A stretch of DNA of 64,000 nucleotides from an uncultured Alphaproteobacteria bacterium (GTDB lineage: Bacteria; Pseudomonadota; Alphaproteobacteria; Rhizobiales; Beijerinckiaceae), in NCBI GenBank assembly GCA_937988775.1, contig CALKHP010000048.1, positions 55,519 to 119,518 of the forward strand, in the 5' to 3' direction. Of this stretch, positions 57,207 through 64,000 are shown in pieces. Each line of letters starts with the position of its first letter. The first letter of the stretch is position 1. The notes beneath the pieces were generated by a model that worked only from the letters and a program-made list of their open reading frames with translations, was not told where the DNA came from and made no database searches. The position numbers were made by a program, and so were the translations under genes.

Positions 57207-58001
57207 TCATCCATTATGCGCGCCCGAAACGCCCCGTGCCCGGGGCCCGTGGAAATAGGACCTCAGCCAGGGATGCTGCGAGGCGAGCATGACATCCATA
57301 GGCCCGGCGGCGATCACCTTGCCCTCCCCCAGCGCGGCGATTCGGTTGCACACGCTGGCGAGACTATCGAGGTCATGGGTTACCATGAAAACCGTCAGTC
57401 CTAAAGTCCGCTGCAAGGTGGCGATCAGGGCGTCGAAATCCTGCGCGCCGATCGGATCGAGGCCGGAGGTCGGCTCGTCGAGGAAGACGATATCCGGATC
57501 GAGCGCCAGCGCGCGGGCGAGCGCCGCGCGCTTGATCATGCCGCCCGACAGTTCCGACGGCAGCAGATCGCCGGCTTCGGGTTGCAGGCCGACCATCTGG
57601 ATTTTCAGCATCGCCAATTCGTCGAGAAGGTCCTCGGGAAGATCGAGATACTCCCGCATCGGCATCTGGATGTTCTGTTTCACGGTCAGCGAGGAAAACA
57701 GCGCGCCTTGCTGGAAAAGAATACCCCAATGACGGTCGACGGACTGGCGCTCCTTCGGCGAAAGCTTGTCGAGATCGTTGCCGAATACCGAAATCGTGCC
57801 GCGGCGCTTGGCAACCAGCCCGACGATGGTGCGCATCAACACGGATTTTCCGGTGCCGGACGCCCCGACCACGCCAAGGATCTCGCCGCGATAGACATCG
57901 AGGTCGAGCCCGTTGGTGATCAGCCGGTCGCCGAACCCGACCACGAGATCGCGCACCGCGATCACCACCTCCCTGTTCTCGGTTCCTGCGCTGGCGGCCA
58001 T
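57207..58001 (-). CDS. ABC transporter ATP-binding protein (MlaF-like)
   Basis: An internal Met of the 702-aa ORF gives MAASAGTENREVVIAVRDLVVGFG…GASGTGKSVLMRTIVGL (Walker A)…LSGGMIKRAALARALALDPDIVFLDEPTSGLD. Confidence 0.9.
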   Translation of the reverse strand: MAASAGTENREVVIAVRDLVVGFGDRLITNGLDLDVYRGEILGVVGASGTGKSVLMRTIVGLVAKRRGTISVFGNDLDKLSPKERQSVDRHWGILFQQGALFSSLTVKQNIQMPMREYLDLPEDLLDELAMLKIQMVGLQPEAGDLLPSELSGGMIKRAALARALALDPDIVFLDEPTSGLDPIGAQDFDALIATLQRTLGLTVFMVTHDLDSLASVCNRIAALGEGKVIAAGPMDVMLASQHPWLRSYFHGPRARGVSGAHNG

Positions 58002-58003
58002 GG

Positions 58004-59134
58004 CTAGTACCGGATCGCGGCGAAGAACATGGCGAACAGCCCGTCGACGACGATCACCATGAAGATCGCCTTCACCACCGATGTCGTGGTCTGGCGGCCA
58101 AGTGATTCGGCCGAGCCCTGCACCTTCATGCCCTCCATCGAGGCGATCAGCCCGATCACCAGCGCCATGAACGGTGCCTTGATCAGGCCGACCAGGAAGG
58201 TGTTGAGGCCGATGGCGCTCTGCAGGCGGCCGAGCAGCACGTCGGGGCTGACATCGCCGTACAGGATCACCGTCAGGCCGCCGCCGAACAGCGCCGACAT
58301 GGCGCTGATGAAGGCCAGCATCGGCAGGCCGATGATCAGCGCCAGCACGCGCGGCACGATCAGCACCTCCATCGGGTCGAGCCCCATGGTGCGCAGCGCG
58401 TCGATCTCCTCGCGCATCTTCATCGAGCCGATTTCGGCGGTGAAGGCGCTGCCCGAGCGCCCCGCGATCATGATCGAGGTCAGCAGCACCGACAATTCGC
58501 GCAGGATCAGCACGCCGAGCAGGTCGACGACATAGATGATGGCGCCGAAGCGTTCCATCTGGAACACGCCCTGCTGCGCCACGATGGCGCCGACCAGGAA
58601 CGAGATCAGCACGATGATCGGCACGCCGCGAAACGCAACCTGCTCGAGCTGCTTGACGAGCGCGTTGATGCGGAAGCGGCGCGGGTTGGCGAGCGCCGTG
58701 CCGAGCGCCACCACGAAATTGCCGAGGAAGCTGGTGCCGTTGCGCAAATCCTGCGCCGATTCGACGACCGAGCCGCCGATATCGGCGAGAAAACCATAGA
58801 AGGATGACGGCTCGCGCCGTTGCGGCGGCGGCTCGCTTGTGGTCGCGGTTTCCTTGATCAGGATGGCGCGTTCGGGATCGACCCCGGCAAGATCGAGCGT
58901 GCCGCCGGCCTGCTTGAGCCGCTCCGCCAGCCGGTTGACGAGATGGCCGCCAAGCGTGTCGAAACTCTCGACCCTGGCGAGATCGAGCACGACGCGGCCC
59001 TTGCCCTCGAGCTTGGGCAAGGCTTCGTCCATGCGCTCGGCCGCGGCCCGGCCATGGCGCAGCGTCCACGCCCCGGCGAGCACCAGCCGCCGGGCGTCGC
59101 CGTTCTGCTCCAGGATGACGTCCGGTTCCGCCAA
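58004..59134 (-). CDS. MlaE-family ABC permease with an N-terminal STAS-like domain
   Basis: MAEPDVILEQNGDARRLVLAGAWTLRH…VVLDLARVESFDTLGGHLV (STAS-like), followed by an MlaE core of about 260 aa (…FTAEIGSMKMREEIDALRTMGLDP…). Confidence 0.85.
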   Translation of the reverse strand: MAEPDVILEQNGDARRLVLAGAWTLRHGRAAAERMDEALPKLEGKGRVVLDLARVESFDTLGGHLVNRLAERLKQAGGTLDLAGVDPERAILIKETATTSEPPPQRREPSSFYGFLADIGGSVVESAQDLRNGTSFLGNFVVALGTALANPRRFRINALVKQLEQVAFRGVPIIVLISFLVGAIVAQQGVFQMERFGAIIYVVDLLGVLILRELSVLLTSIMIAGRSGSAFTAEIGSMKMREEIDALRTMGLDPMEVLIVPRVLALIIGLPMLAFISAMSALFGGGLTVILYGDVSPDVLLGRLQSAIGLNTFLVGLIKAPFMALVIGLIASMEGMKVQGSAESLGRQTTTSVVKAIFMVIVVDGLFAMFFAAIRY

Positions 59135-59362
59135 GCTGCTCCCCTGCGTGCGTTCCCTTGCCCCGATTCGGCACAGGGGACCGCGCCGCCTGATCTAGGC
59201 CGGCTTTGCCGTCGCCCGCAATGGCGGCGCGGCAACGGCGGCGTGAATTCCGCTGCACGCCATCGCGGCCGGAGCCAGCGCCGGCGTAAGCGTCCATTAG
59301 GATTCGCGGCGCCATAATGGCGTGCGGCGAGACGATCGCCGAGAGGATACCGACCGACGCGC

Positions 59363-60175
59363 ATGCCTGCTCCCCCCGCCGTACCCGATCTCGATACCGC
59401 CGATTTCGATGCCATAGAGGCGGCCGTGATGGAGACCGCGCGCGGCCGCTGGTTCCTGGCCGAGTTCGCGCGCCGCAACCGCCATGCCGATACCGAGGTG
59501 CTGCTCGCCGCTCTCGCCCGGGTGGAGCGCGGCGTCAGCGAACAGCATCAGCATGCCGGGCTCGAGCGCTTCCGCACCGATCTCGCCGACATGTCGGCGG
59601 CGATCGCCGATGCGCGCGCGGAAATCTCGTCCCTGCCCGATCCGCTGCGCGATCATCATGCCGGCCTCGGCGAAGCCTCGCACGAACTCGACGCCATCAC
59701 CGGCACCATCGAGACCGCCACCACCGAAATCCTTGCCGCCACCGAGGCGATCCAGGACATCACCTGGGCGATGCGCGAGAGCGGCGTCGAGAGCACGCTG
59801 TGCGACAGCGTCGACGAGCAGGCGACCAACATCTACACCGCCTGCAGCTTCCAGGACCTCACCGCCCAGCGCACCGGCAAGGTGGTGATGTTGTTGCGCT
59901 TCCTCGAAGGCCGCATCCACGCCATGACAGAGATCTGGGGCCTGCGCGCCCAGGATGGCGGCAAGGACGCCCCGGGATTCGCCCCGCACCGCTTCAGCCT
60001 CGAGGACGATGACGAGCGCCTGTCGCAGAACGACATCGACTTCGTGCTCGTCGAGCCGGCAAACCCGCCCGCCGCCAGACGCGGCGCCCGGCCGGACAAG
60101 CCAGCCACCACGCCCCGGACACTGGCCGATATCGATTTGCTGTCGGACGAGGAAAAAGCCAGCCTGTTCACGTAA
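59363..60175 (+). CDS. CheZ-like protein phosphatase (orphan)
   Basis: 270 aa. …TNIYTACSFQDLTAQRTGKVVMLLRFLE… preserves the CheZ catalytic D-x-x-x-Q (codons at 59855-59869). The C-terminal amphipathic peptide …LADIDLLSDEEKASLFT resembles the CheY-binding tail. Confidence 0.75.
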   Translation: MPAPPAVPDLDTADFDAIEAAVMETARGRWFLAEFARRNRHADTEVLLAALARVERGVSEQHQHAGLERFRTDLADMSAAIADARAEISSLPDPLRDHHAGLGEASHELDAITGTIETATTEILAATEAIQDITWAMRESGVESTLCDSVDEQATNIYTACSFQDLTAQRTGKVVMLLRFLEGRIHAMTEIWGLRAQDGGKDAPGFAPHRFSLEDDDERLSQNDIDFVLVEPANPPAARRGARPDKPATTPRTLADIDLLSDEEKASLFT

Positions 60176-60192
60176 GGCGGAGCGCCCGTCTT

Positions 60193-60216
60193 GTCCCGGA
60201 CTTGATCCGGGACCCA
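60193..60216. repeat. Family C hairpin
   Basis: GTCCCGGACTTGATCCGGGACCCA. Confidence 0.7.
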
Positions 60217-60230
60217 CATCCCAAAGACCA

Positions 60231-60318
60231 GTGTCATTCCCGCGCAGGCGGGAATCCAGAACCGCTGGCGTAAGCGGCCTCTGGATTCCCGATCACGCTG
60301 ACGCGCGTCGGGAATGAC
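60231..60318. repeat. Family B element
   Basis: GTGTCATTCCCGCGCAGGCGGGAATCCAGAACCGCTGGCGTAAGCGGCCTCTGGATTCCC…GTCGGGAATGACAAC. Confidence 0.85.
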
Positions 60319-60345
60319 AACAAGTGCATAGGGCTGGGCCCCGCC

Positions 60346-60963
60346 CTACTCCATCACCGCCGCTTTGAGGATCACCACCATGGTGGCGCGCGCCGGCTTT
60401 CGCGATGTATTGCGGATGTTGTGGGCGCGGTCGGCGCGGTAGCGCAGCGTCTCGCCGGCGCGCGCCTGCTGCACCACGCCGCCGACCTCGACCTCGAGCT
60501 CGCCTTCCAACACCGAGAGCGACTCGATCGAGCCGCGCTGATGCGCCTCGGAATCGAGTACGCCGCCCGGCTCGGCCTGGAAATCGTACCATTGCAGCCA
60601 TTCGACGGTCTTCAGCCAGCCGATGATGGCGAGCCGGCACTTGCCGTCGTCGGAGGTCAGGATCGGCGTGTCGCCCTTGCCCGACTTCTCGAAGAACGGC
60701 TCCTCGTCGGACTGCACCAGGAAGCGCTCGATCGAGATGTCGAGCGCCTGGCTCAGACGCCAGATCGTCGCCAGCGTCGGGTTGGTCTCGTTGCGCTCGA
60801 TCTGGCTGATGATCGACTTCGCCACGCCGGACTGCTCGGAGAGTTCCGACAGCGACAGATTGTAGGCCTTGCGCAAGCACTGGATCGTCTTGCCGAGCTG
60901 GCCGGACAGCGCCACCGCTCCGGCATCCATCTCGCGGGTGCGTTCCTTGTCTTGAACAGCCAT
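60346..60963 (-). CDS. XRE-family transcriptional regulator with a C-terminal cupin domain
   Basis: …LGKTIQCLRKAYNLSLSELSEQSGVAKSIISQIERNETNPTLATIWRLSQAL (HTH_3), followed by a beta-rich cupin-like half. Confidence 0.85.
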   Translation of the reverse strand: MAVQDKERTREMDAGAVALSGQLGKTIQCLRKAYNLSLSELSEQSGVAKSIISQIERNETNPTLATIWRLSQALDISIERFLVQSDEEPFFEKSGKGDTPILTSDDGKCRLAIIGWLKTVEWLQWYDFQAEPGGVLDSEAHQRGSIESLSVLEGELEVEVGGVVQQARAGETLRYRADRAHNIRNTSRKPARATMVVILKAAVME

Positions 60964-61070
60964 GGCCTTTGTCCCGATGTCGTTTCGCAGTACGAACGAA
61001 CGTTCTCTCTACCGGACAGTACCATGCCCGAGAGCGGCTCCGGATTCAAGAACGCAGGCCGCCCCGGCCC

Positions 61071-61910
61071 TCACCACCAGCGGTAAAAATGATGCACCGG
61101 GCCATGGCCATGGCCGACTTTCAGCCGCTCGCTGGCGGCGATCGCCGCCGTGACATAGGCCTTGGCGGCACCGACCGCATCGACCAGCGTCTCGCCGCGC
61201 GCCAGCCCGGCCGCGATCGCCGAGGACAACGTGCAGCCGGTGCCATGCGTGTTGACGCCGGGCTGGCGCGGCGCGGCGAAGCGGCTGACGCCGCCGCCCT
61301 CCGCCAGCAGGTCGACACTTTCCGGCCCCTCGCCATGGCCGCCCTTGACCAGCACGGCGCGCGCGCCCATGGCGACCAGCTTCTCGGCCTGCGCCTGCAT
61401 GGCGGCCTCGTTGCGGGCGAGCGGCGTCTCGGTCAGCGCCGCCGCCTCGGGCAGGTTGGGCGTGATCAGGCGCGCCAGCGGCAACAGCAGCCGCTTGAGC
61501 GCCGCCACCGCCTCCGGCGCAAGCAAGCGGTCGCCGCTCGTCGCCACCATCACCGGATCGAGCACCACGGCGCGCTGGCCGTGCCGTTCGAGCCCCGCCG
61601 CCACCGCCTCGATCACGCCGGGCTGCGACAGCATGCCGATCTTGACCGCATCGACCGCCAGATCGGAGAACACGCTTGTCATCTGCTGCGTCACGAAGGC
61701 CGGCGGCACGTCGTGGATCGCCTGCACGCCGCGCGTGTTCTGCGCCGTCAGCGCCGTGATGACGCTGGCGCCATAGACGCCAAGCGCCGAAAACGTCTTC
61801 AGGTCCGCCTGGATGCCGGCGCCGCCGCCCGAATCCGAGCCGGCAATGGTCACCGCGATCGGCACGCTCGCTGTCACGTCCACACTCGCTCCTTCGCTTC
61901 GCTTTGCCAT
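61071..61910 (-). CDS. thiD: Hydroxymethylpyrimidine/phosphomethylpyrimidine kinase
   Basis: …[45 protein letters not shown]…[15 protein letters not shown]…. Confidence 0.92.
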   Translation of the reverse strand: MAKRSEGASVDVTASVPIAVTIAGSDSGGGAGIQADLKTFSALGVYGASVITALTAQNTRGVQAIHDVPPAFVTQQMTSVFSDLAVDAVKIGMLSQPGVIEAVAAGLERHGQRAVVLDPVMVATSGDRLLAPEAVAALKRLLLPLARLITPNLPEAAALTETPLARNEAAMQAQAEKLVAMGARAVLVKGGHGEGPESVDLLAEGGGVSRFAAPRQPGVNTHGTGCTLSSAIAAGLARGETLVDAVGAAKAYVTAAIAASERLKVGHGHGPVHHFYRWW

Positions 61911-61947
61911 GTTAACGCAAGATCGGGCTATCAGGGCACCACGTGCC

Positions 61948-62928
61948 TCAAATGACGCGGCTTGGCGCGACGCTGCGCTGCTTGTCGCGCCGGATGCCGA
62001 GCCGGCGCTCGCGCCAGATCACGAAAATGCCCGAGCTGATGACAATGGCCGCGCCGACGATCACCGCCCATTGCGGCAATTCGCTGAACACGAGCCAGCC
62101 GAGCCCGACCGCCCAGATCATGCTGAGATAATCGAACGAGGCGATGATCGAGGCATCCGCATGCCGGAAGCTCAGCGTCATGGTGATCTGGCCGATGCCG
62201 CCGAGCAGGCCGATGCTGACCAGCAGCGCGCCCTGCCAGAATGTCGGCATCACCCAGCCGAGCGCCGGGACGAAGCCGCCGGCAATGCCGGTCGCCAGGC
62301 CAAGCAGCGTGGTCTGCAACATGAAATAGAACACGATCGCCGCCGGATGCTCGCTGCCGGTCAGCCGCCGCACCTCGATGGTGGCGAAGGCCGAACAGAT
62401 CGCGCCCATCACGCCGAGCAGCATGCCGCGCGCTTCCGTGCCACCGAGCCCGCGCGAGAACAGCCCGTCGGCGAGATAGGGCGACAGCATCACCAGCACG
62501 CCAGCGAAACCGACCATCACCGCGCTCCAGCGGTAGATGCGCACGGTTTCCTTGAGGAGCCAGGCGGCCAGCACCACCGTGATCAGCGGCGCCGCATAGC
62601 TGATCGCCGTGGCATCGGACAGCGGCAGCATCGTCGTGGCGGCAAAGCCGCAGAACATGCCGGTCGAGCCGATCACGCCGCGCCGCATGTGGCTGGTGAA
62701 ATTGCGCGTGCGCGTCGCCGCCGACAGGTCGTGCACGAGGGCGAGCCAGATATAGACCGGCACGATGGCGAACAGCGAGCGGCAGAACACCACCTGCCCG
62801 GTCGGGAAGGTCTCGCCGACATATTTGATACCCGCCGACATCAGCGTGAACACGAAGGTCGACAGGATCTTGAGGCCGATGCCCCGCATCATGCGGCGCG
62901 GGGCCTGGGGCGCGGCGGCCGCTTCCAT
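61948..62928 (-). CDS. DMT-superfamily (EamA-like) transporter
   Basis: About 10 hydrophobic helices. The start is moved to the internal Met ([22 protein letters not shown]…) so that it does not overlap the upstream SDR gene. Confidence 0.8.
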   Translation of the reverse strand: MEAAAAPQAPRRMMRGIGLKILSTFVFTLMSAGIKYVGETFPTGQVVFCRSLFAIVPVYIWLALVHDLSAATRTRNFTSHMRRGVIGSTGMFCGFAATTMLPLSDATAISYAAPLITVVLAAWLLKETVRIYRWSAVMVGFAGVLVMLSPYLADGLFSRGLGGTEARGMLLGVMGAICSAFATIEVRRLTGSEHPAAIVFYFMLQTTLLGLATGIAGGFVPALGWVMPTFWQGALLVSIGLLGGIGQITMTLSFRHADASIIASFDYLSMIWAVGLGWLVFSELPQWAVIVGAAIVISSGIFVIWRERRLGIRRDKQRSVAPSRVI

Positions 62929-62975
62929 CGCCTTGGTTCCTTCCGGTGGCTGGCCGCGTGGCGGCGCGCGAAACC

Positions 62976-63755
62976 CTAGAAGTTGCTGGCGAAAGCGCCG
63001 CCGTCGATGACGAAATTCTGGCCGACGAGATAGCCGGCCTGCATGCTGCACAGGAAAGCGCAAAGCTGGCCGAACTCATGCGGCGAGCCGATGCGCTTGG
63101 CCGGCACCCCGGCGACGCGCATGGCGCGCGCCTCCTCGGGCGTCAGGTTGCGCAGTTCCGCCATGCGCTTGTTGGCATTGGTGAAACGGTCGGTCTCGAA
63201 AATGCCGGGCAGGATGTTGTTGATGGTGACGTTCTTGCCGGCGATCTCGCGCGCGACGCCGCCGAGGAAGGCGGTCAGGCCGGCACGTGCGCCCGACGAC
63301 AGGTCGAGCCCGACGAGCGGCGTCTTCACCGAGGCCGAAGTGATGTTGACGATGCGCCCGAAGCCGCGCGCCATCATGCCGGGCGCCGTGCGCTGGATCA
63401 TCTCGAGCGGCGCGATCATGTTGGCGGTGACGCCGGCCAGCATCGCGGCGCGGTCGATCTGGCGGAAATCCTTCGGCGGCGGCCCGTCGGCGTTGTTGAC
63501 CAGGATATCGGGCTCCGGGCAGGCGGCCAGCAGCGCCTCCTGGCCTTCCGGCGTCGTCACGTCGGCAGCGACCGCGGTGACTTTCGCACCGCTCGCCTTG
63601 GCGATCGCGGCCGCGGTTGCCTGCAACGTCTCCTTGTTGCGGCCGTTGATCACCACCGCGCAGCCGGCTTCCGCCAGCGCCTCGGCGCAGGCGCGCGCCA
63701 GGCCGCGGCTCGATGCGCAGACGATGGCCTTGCGGCCGGCAATTCCGAGATCCAT
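62976..63755 (-). CDS. SDR-family oxidoreductase
   Basis: An internal Met preceded by GGAGG gives [40 protein letters not shown]…ILVNNADG…, 259 aa. Confidence 0.85.
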   Translation of the reverse strand: MDLGIAGRKAIVCASSRGLARACAEALAEAGCAVVINGRNKETLQATAAAIAKASGAKVTAVAADVTTPEGQEALLAACPEPDILVNNADGPPPKDFRQIDRAAMLAGVTANMIAPLEMIQRTAPGMMARGFGRIVNITSASVKTPLVGLDLSSGARAGLTAFLGGVAREIAGKNVTINNILPGIFETDRFTNANKRMAELRNLTPEEARAMRVAGVPAKRIGSPHEFGQLCAFLCSMQAGYLVGQNFVIDGGAFASNF

Positions 63756-64000
63756 GACAACTCCTCCGGGGGCGCCGTGCGCCCCTGTTGCATTCCAGGC
63801 CGATGTAAAGCCCCCCGGCACGGCAGATCAACCCGGCATCGCCCGGCACACCCATGAATTCGCCCGTCAGGACGGGCCGGCGAGTAAATCAAATTTTGGA
63901 TCGGTCGAAACAGGGGTGACAGGGGGACGACGCCATGCATACTGAATGCAAATTCGAGCGTGGGGGGGGGGATGACATGTTGAAACTCAATCGTCGGAAA

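Noticed and set aside
57207-59315. A 702-aa ORF that would fuse the ABC ATPase to a long N-terminal extension.
   Set aside because: The extension (58002-59315) lies out of frame over the well-supported STAS-MlaE permease gene and is Arg/Gly/Pro-rich junk. The ATPase begins at the internal Met at 58001, 2 nt after the mlaE stop.

Overview
This is a visibly GC-rich chromosomal segment whose gene content and synteny look like an alphaproteobacterium of the Rhizobiales/Hyphomicrobiales type. I can support about 56 protein-coding genes. I recognised no rRNA, tRNA, CRISPR array, transposase, integrase or phage genes. The housekeeping genes are topA, a glutamate dehydrogenase, rnr, rpmG, dksA, thiD and an Fdx/FNR pair. 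They are interleaved with the cell-cycle pair divK-pleD and three flagellar sub-clusters arranged as in Caulobacter: (1) fliL-fliM plus two small coupled genes and a roughly 1,100-aa secreted protein; (2) flgF-flgG-flgA-flgH; (3) fliX divergent from flgI-cheL(flgJ-N)-flbY, followed by flaG-flaF, a flagellin, flbT and flgL-flgK-flgE. Readable sigma54 (-24/-12) promoters precede flgF, flgI and flgE. CtrA-box-like motifs precede fliX and fliL. Other notable genes are an MCP, an orphan CheZ-like phosphatase that keeps the DxxxQ active site, a stand-alone Hpt next to Fdx/FNR with SixA nearby, ycjX-ycjF, a STAS-MlaE/MlaF/MCE/PqiC-type transporter, and an 1,866-aa membrane-anchored coiled-coil protein with 22-residue and 40-residue periodic arrays (GPR/RgsE-like). 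Intergenic DNA carries at least five families of short palindromic (REP/MITE-like) repeats. Two inverted copies of one family bracket the flagellin-flbT segment. The many long antisense ORFs in the track are treated as GC-bias artefacts. I see no clear-cut novel defence or mobile system. The best leads are the uncharacterised flagellar-cluster proteins, the GPR-like protein, the CheZ-like gene, the SixA/Hpt/redox neighbourhood and the repeat architecture.
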